Source: a virus | Taxonomy: Duplodnaviria > Caudoviricetes | Virus record (IMG/VR): IMGVR_UViG_3300012667_000067 | Coordinates: 1 to 29,165 of that record | Direction: 5' to 3' (one strand) | Length of the DNA: 29,165 bases | In this document: positions 1 through 9,769 of the stretch, in pieces | Numbering within the stretch: position 1 is the first letter of the stretch | How the letters are laid out: every line of letters begins with the position of its first letter | Notes under the pieces: generated by a model | What the model was told of the DNA's origin: nothing | The model's input: only the letters and a program-made list of their open reading frames with translations | Database searches by the model: none | Made by a program: the position numbers and the translations under genes

Positions 1-55
1 ATTACCGCTACGACTGCAGTAGTATCTAAAAAAATGGTAGAGGTAGAAAAAAAAA
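1..55. repeat. 55-bp terminal direct repeat (copy 1), circular assembly overlap
   Basis: 1-55 is identical to 29111-29165, and the ORF starting at 28817 reads in frame across the junction. Confidence 0.95.
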
Positions 56-373
56 AGACTAAATAGTCTTACTTGGGACGACGTATTAGTTAAGGCTGCA
101 GAATGTGGGATAAAGCCTAGTGAATTTTGGGAAATAACTTGGAAAGACTTTTCTATTATGGTAATGGGTAAAGAACGATCCGAGTTAAACGAATGGTCCC
201 GAACTAGACAATTAGCCTATGTAATGTACCTAAGCAGTACGACGGAAGCGCATCCTAAACCTTTGAAATCATTTTGGCCTATTCCGGAACTAGACGAGGA
301 AGACGAGGAAGAAAAAATTTATATAACGGACGAGCAGTTAAAGAACACTCTTAAACTGTACGGAGTAAATTAA
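47..373 (+). CDS. Tail assembly chaperone, frameshift-accessed 'T' part (GT-like); the listed ORF 158..373 is its 3' portion
   Basis: Frame is open from the A10 run (TAG at 44-46) and encodes LNSLTWDDVLVKAAECGIKPSEFWEITWKDF before the first ATG. It lies between chaperone G and the tape measure gene. Confidence 0.75.
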   Translation, partial: KKKRLNSLTWDDVLVKAAECGIKPSEFWEITWKDFSIMVMGKERSELNEWSRTRQLAYVMYLSSTTEAHPKPLKSFWPIPELDEEDEEEKIYITDEQLKNTLKLYGVN

Positions 374-380
374 TAAGGAA

Positions 381-2246
381 ATGGCAGAAAGTACCGGAAA
401 TCCCGAATTACAGGTCAATATCGGCGGCGATATTTCTCAACTTCAAGCCTCCATTATTGCGGCCGAAAATGAATTAAGAGGATTTCAAGCGGAAATAAAA
501 AAGACTACCGATACCGGTAAGATCGCCGAGTTATCGGCAAAAATAGAAACGACTACCCAACGTATCGCGGGGATGCGTCAAGAAATGGGTAAAAGCGCCG
601 GAGCGACTAACCAAGCGGTAAACGCTTTAGGTAACGTATCTAGAGTAGCGCAGGATGCTTCTTACGGATTTATGGGTATAGCCAATAACTTAAACCCTTT
701 ATTCGAGTCGTTTCAAAGATTACAAGCTAGTTCCGGAGGTACAGGAAACGCACTTAAGCAAATGGGCGCAGCCTTAACAGGCCCTGCGGGTATTGGCCTA
801 GCTATTGGCGTAGTATCTTCTTTAATCGTTTCTTTTGGGGACGATTTAACGGATTTTGCTAATAATAAACTTAGCGGAGTAACGGAAGCTATGAAGCTAG
901 AGGCTGCAGTATTTAAAGAAGCCCAAGCGGGATACGTTAAGGCTACCGAAGATATTAACGGTCTTAACCAAGCGCACGACGATTATACTAACGGCATTAT
1001 TAGTAAGGAGCAATTCCTAAAGAAGTTTAACAGTACTTTAGGAGAAACAATACAAAAAACCGACGATCTAGCTACTGCGGAGAAATTCTTAGCAGACGGG
1101 GCCGAACAGTATATCCAAATGATGTACTACAAGGCGGTAGCTACCGAAGCCCTTAACCAAGCGGCGAAAAAACAAATTGAAGCTTTACAAGAACAAAACG
1201 CGCCTTTGCAGCCTACTTTAATGCAAAGAGCGGTTAGCTTTTTAGCGCCTGCAGGAAGTGCAAGTGCGGAAGATAGGGCCGAAGAATCAAGAAAAGAAAA
1301 AATAGATCAATTAGGGTACGACGCTATTGTTTTAAAAGATATAGCGGAGAATTATAAAACCCTAGGCGATAATATACAATACAATCTAGCTAAAATATTT
1401 GGCGCTCCTGCAGGAAATAATAATAAGGATGTAGATCCTATGAAGGAGTATATGGCGCAGCAAAAGTACGAGTTACAAAAGGCGTTAAATGATATGGAGG
1501 CTTTAAGAAAAAAGTTCGCTAAACTTGATCTTAAGCCTATACTTACTGTATTTGATCCCGAAGCAGACAAAGAAGAAGAGAAGAGAAGAAGATATTTTGA
1601 GAAGAAAAATAAAGAGTTACTAGATCAATCTAACAAAGGAGGACTAGGAGACTTTTTGCAGAAGGATTCGCAAAAAAGAATCGACGCTTATAAAGCAGAA
1701 GACAAACAGTTAAAAGAATTACAACAAAGCCAAGAAGATTTCGCTAATTCAGTAGCAGACTTCGGGGCTAACGCTTTTAGGACCTTATTTACTACGCTAG
1801 AAAATGGAGGGGATGTTTTAGAAAGCATAGGTAATATGTTTAAACAGTTAGCTATGGATATAGCGGCTGCGGCTATTAAAGCGGCAATATTCGAGGCTAT
1901 AATGGCTACGATTAATGCTTCTACCGGTGGCGATACAGGCGGCGGAGGTGGCGGAGGAATTGGCGGGATCTTAAAATCTATATTTGGTTTCGCAGACGGA
2001 GGTATAGTAACTAAGCCTACTTTAGGCCTTATAGGCGAAGCAGGGCAAAACGAAGCTATTATCCCTTTAAGTAAGCTTAATAGCTTTATGAATACTTCCT
2101 TTAACGCGGGCGCTATGTCCGGCGGTAATGGTGGCGGTAATGGCGGAGGAGGAGTAGCGGTATTAAGAGGACAGGATCTTCTAATCGCAATTAATAGAAC
2201 GCAGAAAGCTTCTGCCCTTAAAGGACAAAATATAAGTTTATTATAA
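381..2246 (+). CDS. Tail tape measure protein
   Basis: 621 aa, Ala-rich and helical, with C-terminal FADGGIVTKPTLGLIGEAG..EAIIPL motif; follows the chaperones. Confidence 0.9.
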   Translation: MAESTGNPELQVNIGGDISQLQASIIAAENELRGFQAEIKKTTDTGKIAELSAKIETTTQRIAGMRQEMGKSAGATNQAVNALGNVSRVAQDASYGFMGIANNLNPLFESFQRLQASSGGTGNALKQMGAALTGPAGIGLAIGVVSSLIVSFGDDLTDFANNKLSGVTEAMKLEAAVFKEAQAGYVKATEDINGLNQAHDDYTNGIISKEQFLKKFNSTLGETIQKTDDLATAEKFLADGAEQYIQMMYYKAVATEALNQAAKKQIEALQEQNAPLQPTLMQRAVSFLAPAGSASAEDRAEESRKEKIDQLGYDAIVLKDIAENYKTLGDNIQYNLAKIFGAPAGNNNKDVDPMKEYMAQQKYELQKALNDMEALRKKFAKLDLKPILTVFDPEADKEEEKRRRYFEKKNKELLDQSNKGGLGDFLQKDSQKRIDAYKAEDKQLKELQQSQEDFANSVADFGANAFRTLFTTLENGGDVLESIGNMFKQLAMDIAAAAIKAAIFEAIMATINASTGGDTGGGGGGGIGGILKSIFGFADGGIVTKPTLGLIGEAGQNEAIIPLSKLNSFMNTSFNAGAMSGGNGGGNGGGGVAVLRGQDLLIAINRTQKASALKGQNISLL

Positions 2247-4234
2247 TGGCATACGCTAAAAGATATACAATAGGCCAAGCCTTACGAGACGATACGCAAT
2301 TAACAGTAGAAATCTACGAAAAGGGTTATAGCGGAAGCGTAAAGACTTACGAAGCGATAAATATTAACTTAGAATCTAATTCTAGCGGAGACGAGCCTTT
2401 GCCGTCTATTATTTCTTCGCAGTTAAACGTATCTTTTTTAGTATCGGATGCGGACGCTGCGGCGGACTTCCCCGATCTATTAAGTTTTGACGATCGTAAA
2501 TATTTTGTTAAATTTTATAACGGAGCGACCTTATTGTGGTGCGGCTTTTTATTTAACGATTACGTTTCTTTGCCTTTTAGTACAGGTTTCGTACAAGTAG
2601 ACATAGTAGCTATAGACGGGCTTTCTTTATTAGAATATACGGCGTTTGATACTATAGAGGGAATAAGCGTTAACTCTTTATCGCGTTTAATAGACGTAAT
2701 AGCGGAGTGTATAAATCTTATAGACTATCCCGATCCGCTTAGTATGATTACCTCCTGCTCTTATTATGCAGAGGGAATGTTCGATCGTTCGGACGCTTCG
2801 GGAAACGAACCTTTGTCTCAAAGTTATATCTATAGAAGAGACATACAGGGTAAAACATATTACGAGGTCCTAGATAATATAGTAAGTTCTTTTGGCTGCA
2901 GGTTATTTCAATCGGACGGCCAATGGCAGCTATTAGCTATTAACGAAATGGCCCAAGCTACTAGGTACTATACGCAGTATTTTTTATCGCCTAGCGTTTC
3001 GGTAGGTAATACGGGGACTTTAGACGAATCGGTAAATATTGCGCCTTATGTAGACGGTAACGTGCATTTTATAAATAACTCACAATCTAAAGTAGTTAGA
3101 AAAGGTTATCCTAAACTAATACATAGTTATAATTACGACTACCCTTCTAACTATATACATAACGGGACCTTTAAGGGGGTATATAATGCAGGACTTTTAA
3201 CTAACCTTCCTTACGGGTGGTTTTATTTTCAATCTATTACTACCCCTTATACAGGTAGCGTAGTAACTGTTATTCCGGATTCGGAATATAACGAATTGAG
3301 TTTACAGGCAATAGGGAATAGAGACCAATACGCTTATTTACAAAATACTCCGGACGGAGGTGCTTTATTGCAGACTTATTATACTCCTTATATGGTAGGG
3401 CCTAGCTTTACTTTTTCTTTTGAGTATTATATGCTATCCGACGTAGGTAAGGTAGAAATAGCCTGCATAGTAGGCGGTACTTTTTATTACTATAACGAGA
3501 CTAACAATACTTGGGGTACTACGCAAAGATATGTAACCTATGAAGGGGTAGAACCGGCTTTCTTAGGTGTACCTTGGGGTTCTTTTAGTCTTAACGTAAG
3601 TATGAGTTATCCTGCTATACCTTTTTCTTTTGGCCAAGTTTGGGCGGGCCATATTAGGATTAAATTTTATGTAAGTAACGGAACTTTAGGTCAATTTTCC
3701 GATACAAGAGTAAGAAATATTAGAATAACGCAAAATCCTTACGATACTAAGTCTATAGAGGTTACTAGACAAGTAGGGACAGGGAATACCAACGTTAAAA
3801 CTACTTCGCAGGCTTACGGATCTTTCGTTTATTTAAGATTAGCTATTAGCTATATAAATACTAATAATTTAGGAGTGTTATACAATGAATCCGGCGTCGC
3901 TCTTAAAAATTGGTATAGGTGGCCTAGAACGGAGACTTTTTTACTATTGCAAATGCTTATAGCTAGACAGTTCTCTAACCTTTTAAATCGTAACTACGGT
4001 ACTTTAGAAGCCGAGTTAGGAAGCTTTAAAACGGCTAAAGGGTTAAACTATTTGGATAAGGTTTATACTTTAACGGACGCTTCTACTAACGCGCTTAGCT
4101 ATAATGATAAAAAGTTCTTAATGAATAGGGGATCTATTAATCCTAGGATCGACGAAGTAGACTCTTTCCAAATAATTGAGGTAACGGATCAAGACAATAC
4201 TTCGACCGAAACGATTAAATATATAGAAGAATAA
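2246..4234 (+). CDS. Tail tip/hub (baseplate) structural protein
   Basis: 662 aa, rich in beta-strand and aromatic residues, coupled to the TMP gene by TAATG. Confidence 0.6.
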   Translation: MAYAKRYTIGQALRDDTQLTVEIYEKGYSGSVKTYEAININLESNSSGDEPLPSIISSQLNVSFLVSDADAAADFPDLLSFDDRKYFVKFYNGATLLWCGFLFNDYVSLPFSTGFVQVDIVAIDGLSLLEYTAFDTIEGISVNSLSRLIDVIAECINLIDYPDPLSMITSCSYYAEGMFDRSDASGNEPLSQSYIYRRDIQGKTYYEVLDNIVSSFGCRLFQSDGQWQLLAINEMAQATRYYTQYFLSPSVSVGNTGTLDESVNIAPYVDGNVHFINNSQSKVVRKGYPKLIHSYNYDYPSNYIHNGTFKGVYNAGLLTNLPYGWFYFQSITTPYTGSVVTVIPDSEYNELSLQAIGNRDQYAYLQNTPDGGALLQTYYTPYMVGPSFTFSFEYYMLSDVGKVEIACIVGGTFYYYNETNNTWGTTQRYVTYEGVEPAFLGVPWGSFSLNVSMSYPAIPFSFGQVWAGHIRIKFYVSNGTLGQFSDTRVRNIRITQNPYDTKSIEVTRQVGTGNTNVKTTSQAYGSFVYLRLAISYINTNNLGVLYNESGVALKNWYRWPRTETFLLLQMLIARQFSNLLNRNYGTLEAELGSFKTAKGLNYLDKVYTLTDASTNALSYNDKKFLMNRGSINPRIDEVDSFQIIEVTDQDNTSTETIKYIEE

Positions 4235-4240
4235 AAAGCT

Positions 4241-4248
4241 TAAATTTG
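4241..4248 (+). promoter_or_regulatory. Bacteroidota sigma-A -7 element TAAATTTG
   Basis: Exact TAnnTTTG in the intergenic gap, ending 4 nt before ATG 4253. Confidence 0.6.
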
Positions 4249-4252
4249 TAGT

Positions 4253-4945
4253 ATGGCAAACGCAGTAAACGGTAAAAATTTAATGCTTTATTGGCATAGA
4301 ACGGATGTAAGTCCGGAAGTAGACGTACCTATCGCCTGTTCTACTAACTGTACTTTTACGGTTAACGTAGAGCAGAAAGAAGTTACTTCTATTACTTCGG
4401 CTTGGTTTAGAGAATTTAAAAACGATCTAGGTTCTTGGAGTATAACTGCAGACGGCTTAATAATCTTAAGCGGCTTTAGTTATTTATTCTTTATGCAGAA
4501 GCAGTTAGCAAGAACTCCTATAGAAATAAATCTAGTAATAGACAACGGCGAAGACGGATTGGTTATAATTAACGGGATAGCGAATATCGCTAACTTTAGT
4601 TTTAACGGACCGGTTAGAGACGCAGGTACTTATAATATTAGCTTACAGGGAGTAGGTCCTTATGGTATAACAGGTACAAGTATTAACCCTGCGGGAATTG
4701 TTATCCGTGGCGGATACGTTTATAATAAAGAATACACGGCGGCCGGCGGAGAAACTACTATAACTTGGGTAGATATGATCGGTAAAGACTGCGTTTATGT
4801 ATCTAGAGGAGGTATCGACGTCCAAGGGATCATAACGACAGGAACGCCAATAGAAGAGCAGGTAAAGTGGAATAGTGCTACAGGCGTTTTAACGTTTGCT
4901 AGGGCTTTAGAAAGTACGGAATTTGTAAGAGGACTATTTAACTAA
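4253..4945 (+). CDS. Second tail-tube-fold protein (TP901-1 tube-like) with C-terminal extension
   Basis: VNGKNLMLY..IACSTNCTFTV..EVTS..SWSITADGL parallels the tube protein at 28359. Confidence 0.65.
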   Translation: MANAVNGKNLMLYWHRTDVSPEVDVPIACSTNCTFTVNVEQKEVTSITSAWFREFKNDLGSWSITADGLIILSGFSYLFFMQKQLARTPIEINLVIDNGEDGLVIINGIANIANFSFNGPVRDAGTYNISLQGVGPYGITGTSINPAGIVIRGGYVYNKEYTAAGGETTITWVDMIGKDCVYVSRGGIDVQGIITTGTPIEEQVKWNSATGVLTFARALESTEFVRGLFN

Positions 4946-4952
4946 TAAGACA

Positions 4953-7900
4953 ATGAGTAACCAAATTTTAATAAGTAGCGGAGCAAAATTAAGAGACCTA
5001 GACGACGTAATTATAGGGACCGACGGGGTATTAACCTCTTTAGGCTTTAACGTCGCAAATGGGGTACCTAAATTAGACGAAAACGGTAAGATCCTAGTAA
5101 GTCAGTTGCCTAACTCGGTAATGGAATTTAAGGGCGTTTGGAATGCAGCTACGAATACTCCTACTTTAGCAGACGGTACCGGTAACGCGGGAGACGTTTA
5201 CTTATGTAACGTAGCGGGTACGGTTAACTTCGGCGCAGGTCCTATTACTTTTGCGGTGGGCGATTACGCAGTCTATACGGGTTCGGTTTGGGCTAGGTCT
5301 TCCGGTGCTACAGGTACAGTTACTAGCGTAGGGCTTTCTAGAGACGGAGACGCTTTATCGGTTACGGGTTCCCCGATTACAACTAGCGGGACAATTAATT
5401 TAGGATTTACGGGTACTAATTTACAATACATAAACGGAGCAGGTAACTTAACTACCTTCCCCGATCTAACAGTTTACGTTCCTACTAGCAGGACTTTAAC
5501 TATTAACGACGTTACTTACGACTTAAGCGCTAATCGTTCTTGGACGATAGACTCTATGATATATCCGGACGCAGGGATCGCAGTTTCTACGGGGACTGCT
5601 TGGGGTACTTCTATTATTGATAATTCCGGTAATTGGAATACTGCTTATAATAATTCTATTATTTCTGCGGCGGTTACAGGAACTACTACTAAGACTTTAA
5701 CTTTAGACCAACAGGACGGAGGAACTATTACGGCTTCTTGGACCGATTACGATACCGCTCCGGTTACTTCGGTATTCGGTAGAACAGGCGCAGTAGTGGC
5801 CGTTAGTGGAGACTATACGACGGCCCAAGTAACGGAAAGCGGTAACCTTTACTTTACGGATGCTAGAGCGCGCGCAGCTATTAGTTTAACGACTTTAGGT
5901 ACAAGCGGCGAAGCGACTTATAACAATACTACAGGGGTTTTAAATATCCCTAATTATACTACGGATCTTACGGGCTACGTTCCTTATACAGGAGCGACGA
6001 CTAACGTAAATTTAGGAACGCATAGCTTAAGCGCTTACGATTTAATTATTAATCATACAAGCGGAAGCGGAGTAGCGGCTTCTATTACTAAAGGCGGTAA
6101 CGGCGAAGCTTTAACAGTAGTTAAATCTAGCGGTAGCGGTAACGCTGCAAGTATTACCGGAGGGGTAACTTTATTAGACGAATTACACTTAACTACTGAT
6201 CTAGCAGACGCATATATAGCAAGCGCGGCTACTTGGAACTCAAAGCAGGCCGGATCTACTAACTTAACTTCTTTAGCAGCTTTAACTTTTGCGTCTACTT
6301 CTTTTGTAAAAATGACTGCGGCGGGAACTTTTGCTTTAGATACTAATACTTACGCTTTAGCTTCTGCGTTGGGGGACTATCTTCCTTTAGCAGGAGGTAC
6401 TTTAACAGGACCTTTAAATTCAAATAGTCAAATTTCTACTAGTTATAAAACTACTTCTGCTGCTATTTTGATAGATTCCGGAGGTGCATATAATACTAAC
6501 CCTGTTTCATTTTTTAATAATTCATATCCTAACGACAATACAAAATATTTTGCTCAATTTTCGGCGAATTGGGCGGGTTCAAATACTTGGGGTATAGGTG
6601 TTAGAGGTGCTAATGATAATACTATTTATATAAGTAGCGCAAGTAGTGGGGTATTAGATCCTACTAATACTGCAATAGTATTAAGAATTGGGAATCATAC
6701 TGCGGTTACTTCGGGGAATATTTCTAGTTATGCAATTACAGGAACGGGATCTACAAATAAAATAGCAAAATTTAACGGTGCTTCTACTTTAGTAGATAGT
6801 TATATTTCGGACGCGGCGGGAAATCCTACTATTATTAATAAAGATGCTTCTACTATTACGTCTGCGTTATTTTCTATTGCTCCTGCTACAAGTACTAATG
6901 CTTCAATTTTAAATTTAGATAATGCAGGTGCAGGTAGCTTTTATGCAGGTAGACAAAATAGCGCGGGTAATAGCCAATTAATAGGAAGTCTTGGTACTTA
7001 TGATTCGGTTTTAGGGCATACAGGAACTCAAACTTTACACTTAGTTACTAATGGACTTTCAAGATTAGCAATAAACGGAAGCGGTAACGCAGCATTTACG
7101 GGTACTATAACGGCAAGTAGTGGAGTATATGCAGGGGATTCTAAATTTTTTAATTCGGTACAATTAACAGATAGTTTAGGTGGTACTTGTCAAGGTTTTT
7201 TATGGACCGACGCTGCAAATACTTTAAAGTTAGGAACAGGTACCGTTGCAGGTGGTAATGTTAAAATGACCATCACAAGCGGTGGTAACGTTGGAATCGG
7301 AACGGATAGTCCATCTTATGCTTTATCTGTTGTTAAAAATACAAGTGATTGGATTGGACAATTTAAAAACTATGGTTCTTCAGCATACGGATTACAAATT
7401 GATTTAAGCGGAAGCACAGGAGCTGCAACCAATTCAGCTTTTCAAGTATACACTCAAACAGGCACAGGTTTAAGATTAGTGAATAATGGTACTTTAATGC
7501 TAGGTACTACAACAGGAGTAAGTGGAGGTGGTGCATTACAAGTAAATGGTAACGTAAATATTAACGGAGTTTTCCAAATTAACGGTGTAACTATTGGAGG
7601 CGGTGGTGGAAGTGGTGTAACAGGAAGTGGAACTAATGGATATATGACTAAGTGGACAGGTTCTAGTACTTTAGGTAATAGTATTATTCAAGATAATGGT
7701 AGTAGTATTACTGTAATAGCAGGAGTAGAAGCAATAGCAAGATTTTGGGCAGCAGGAGACGGAACTATTATAATTGGAGGTAATGCAGCGCAAGGCACTT
7801 CAAGTGGAGAACAGTATATAACCTATCAAAACGGTACTACTAATACTAACGCTTGGTTAGTAGGTATGGACGACGGAGAAGACTTTAGATTTGCATACGG

Positions 7901-8447
7901 TGCGGCCGGAGAAATTACCGACGCAAATACTTTAGCTAGAATTTCACAGTCGGGGAATTGGTCTTTAGGAAGTATTGCAGATAACGGGTATAGATTACAA
8001 GTTTACGGAGGCGGTATTTCTTTACAATATGGGTATATATTTAATTTAAAAGGTAGCGGATCGGATATACTTATAGCTAATACAGGATCTACTATGTCTA
8101 TTACAGGAAATGTAAGCGTAGGTGGTTCGGTTACTGCTTCGGGTGGTTTCTTTGACACTTCGGACGCTAGGTTAAAGACTTTAGTAGAAGATAATTACTT
8201 ACTAAATTCTATAGCAAACGTAAAAGCTAAACTTTACATAAAGAACAACCGTAAAGAATTAGGTTATTATGCGCAGGATATACAGTCTATTTTACCTTAT
8301 GCAGTAAATGAAGGATCGGACGGCTTCTTATCTTTATCTTACGCGCAGGTTCACACGGCTAAAATAGCAGTAATAGAAGACAAAGTAACTATTTTAGAAA
8401 ATGAAGTAGCGGAATTAAAAAGTAAACTACAAAAATACGAAGCGTAA
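4953..8447 (+). CDS. Tail fibre/spike with C-terminal intramolecular chaperone (peptidase S74)
   Basis: 1164 aa, G/T/S-rich, with VTSVFGRTGAV, YLPLAGGTLTG and GNVGIGT motifs; SDARLK..GYYAQDIQ..P.AV plus terminal coiled coil from 8160. Confidence 0.9.
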   Translation: MSNQILISSGAKLRDLDDVIIGTDGVLTSLGFNVANGVPKLDENGKILVSQLPNSVMEFKGVWNAATNTPTLADGTGNAGDVYLCNVAGTVNFGAGPITFAVGDYAVYTGSVWARSSGATGTVTSVGLSRDGDALSVTGSPITTSGTINLGFTGTNLQYINGAGNLTTFPDLTVYVPTSRTLTINDVTYDLSANRSWTIDSMIYPDAGIAVSTGTAWGTSIIDNSGNWNTAYNNSIISAAVTGTTTKTLTLDQQDGGTITASWTDYDTAPVTSVFGRTGAVVAVSGDYTTAQVTESGNLYFTDARARAAISLTTLGTSGEATYNNTTGVLNIPNYTTDLTGYVPYTGATTNVNLGTHSLSAYDLIINHTSGSGVAASITKGGNGEALTVVKSSGSGNAASITGGVTLLDELHLTTDLADAYIASAATWNSKQAGSTNLTSLAALTFASTSFVKMTAAGTFALDTNTYALASALGDYLPLAGGTLTGPLNSNSQISTSYKTTSAAILIDSGGAYNTNPVSFFNNSYPNDNTKYFAQFSANWAGSNTWGIGVRGANDNTIYISSASSGVLDPTNTAIVLRIGNHTAVTSGNISSYAITGTGSTNKIAKFNGASTLVDSYISDAAGNPTIINKDASTITSALFSIAPATSTNASILNLDNAGAGSFYAGRQNSAGNSQLIGSLGTYDSVLGHTGTQTLHLVTNGLSRLAINGSGNAAFTGTITASSGVYAGDSKFFNSVQLTDSLGGTCQGFLWTDAANTLKLGTGTVAGGNVKMTITSGGNVGIGTDSPSYALSVVKNTSDWIGQFKNYGSSAYGLQIDLSGSTGAATNSAFQVYTQTGTGLRLVNNGTLMLGTTTGVSGGGALQVNGNVNINGVFQINGVTIGGGGGSGVTGSGTNGYMTKWTGSSTLGNSIIQDNGSSITVIAGVEAIARFWAAGDGTIIIGGNAAQGTSSGEQYITYQNGTTNTNAWLVGMDDGEDFRFAYGAAGEITDANTLARISQSGNWSLGSIADNGYRLQVYGGGISLQYGYIFNLKGSGSDILIANTGSTMSITGNVSVGGSVTASGGFFDTSDARLKTLVEDNYLLNSIANVKAKLYIKNNRKELGYYAQDIQSILPYAVNEGSDGFLSLSYAQVHTAKIAVIEDKVTILENEVAELKSKLQKYEA

Positions 8448-9034
8448 TGAGTTGGGCCGGAATATCAAATAGCCAAGCGGTAAGCTGCAATAACTTACAA
8501 GATGCGGTAAATACGGGCGTATTAGCTTTAAAAAATACTATTCCCGCAACTAGCGAATGTATTACTAAAGCAGAAGCGGATTATTACGTTTATATTGATA
8601 CGGCTTACGCTAGTTATGCGGCTAAATCTTCTAACCAATTAGTAGTTAAATCGGATCTACAAGCGCAGGGAGGAATAGTTTATACTCCTTCAAGTGGTCT
8701 TTATCCTTTGAGTGGGAGTTCTACTGTTTCTACTGCGGGTACTATTAGAAATAACTACGGTATAAATGTTTACTTATATATCGGATTTAATAGCGCAGGT
8801 TTAAATAGTGGTACTGTTTCTAACGATAATATGGTAATTGTCCCTCTCCCTGCAGTAACTCTTAGCGGTACGATTACCTCTTACGGTCAATTAATAATTT
8901 CGGGGACTAGATATATACTAAGCCCTAGCACTACTTATAATATTACTTTAACTAAAGGGGATTTATTAGGCGGAGGTAGTACGCTTAGATTTTACTATTC
9001 TCTTTGCGATTTATGTACTAGATTTCCTGTATAA
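8447..9034 (+). CDS. Tail-fibre-associated protein, possible adhesin tip
   Basis: TAATG-coupled to the fibre gene; S/T/G-rich beta-type C-terminal half. Confidence 0.5.
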   Translation: MSWAGISNSQAVSCNNLQDAVNTGVLALKNTIPATSECITKAEADYYVYIDTAYASYAAKSSNQLVVKSDLQAQGGIVYTPSSGLYPLSGSSTVSTAGTIRNNYGINVYLYIGFNSAGLNSGTVSNDNMVIVPLPAVTLSGTITSYGQLIISGTRYILSPSTTYNITLTKGDLLGGGSTLRFYYSLCDLCTRFPV

Positions 9035-9053
9035 AAATTAAAATAAAAACAAA

Positions 9054-9347
9054 ATGAAAATTCAACCGGTAATGGTTTGGCAAAATGGCCAACAAAAAGA
9101 AGCTAATAACTTCGTAATGAGAATAGCAAACGACAATTTGGAAACTTCTTGTAATTTTTACTACGAAATGCAAAATGTAACGGAAGTAGTAGAAAACGGA
9201 CAAACTGCTAAAGTAGTAGAAGTTTTAACTTTTGGTAATTTAAATCTAGGCGGAGAAGAGTATCAAACTTGGGACGCTGATCCAAGCGCTAACGAATGGG
9301 CTTATAATTGGGCGGCTGCGCAGCTAAATTTGGTTTATGTCCTTTAA
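9054..9347 (+). CDS. Hypothetical tail-module protein (possible fibre assembly)
   Basis: 97 aa ORF with an A-rich start, downstream of the fibre genes. Confidence 0.5.
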   Translation: MKIQPVMVWQNGQQKEANNFVMRIANDNLETSCNFYYEMQNVTEVVENGQTAKVVEVLTFGNLNLGGEEYQTWDADPSANEWAYNWAAAQLNLVYVL

Positions 9348-9353
9348 TCCGCT

Positions 9354-9361
9354 TATTTTTG
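9354..9361 (+). promoter_or_regulatory. Bacteroidota -7 element TATTTTTG upstream of the lysis-proximal genes
   Basis: TAnnTTTG in the intergenic gap; a second copy TAAATTTG at 9325-9332. Confidence 0.45.
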
Positions 9362-9378
9362 TATAAATAATAAACTTT

Positions 9379-9768
9379 ATGAAGTACAAACAAATTAACG
9401 TCCTAGTAACCGAATTAAACAAGGTTATCGGTAAGCAGGAGACTAAGATCCAAAAGAAGCTATACAAGTTTGCGGAGAAAATTAAGCCGTTACAAGAAGA
9501 CTACATTAAAAAAGTAGAAGAGTTACGCTTAGACAATGCAGCCGCAGACGATAAAGGCGTTTTATTAACTAACGAGAAAGGGGAGTTCCGATTCTCTAAG
9601 GAAGGCCTTAAGAAGCTTAACGAAGACATTAAAGCTTTAGGCGATAAAGACTTCGACTTTAAGAAGATTGAGGTAGTTAACCCGCAGGGCTTAGAGGACT
9701 TTCACTTCCTAGAAGATTGGACTACAGGTATTACCTTTAATCCTAAAGAAGTAGAAGAGGAGTTATAG
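9379..9768 (+). CDS. Hypothetical helical protein
   Basis: 129 aa K/E-rich ORF with typical codon usage. Confidence 0.55.
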   Translation: MKYKQINVLVTELNKVIGKQETKIQKKLYKFAEKIKPLQEDYIKKVEELRLDNAAADDKGVLLTNEKGEFRFSKEGLKKLNEDIKALGDKDFDFKKIEVVNPQGLEDFHFLEDWTTGITFNPKEVEEEL

Positions 9769-9769
9769 A

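Noticed and set aside
2121-2153. GGCGGTAATGG tandem repeat
   Set aside because: Simply encodes a Gly-rich linker in the tape measure protein
1352-2278. Minus-strand ORFs 1352..1570 and 1688..2278 (poly-Pro)
   Set aside because: Shadows of the tape measure gene; poly-Pro mirrors its Gly codons
8447-9034. Diversity-generating retroelement target
   Set aside because: No reverse transcriptase and no template/variable repeat pair seen
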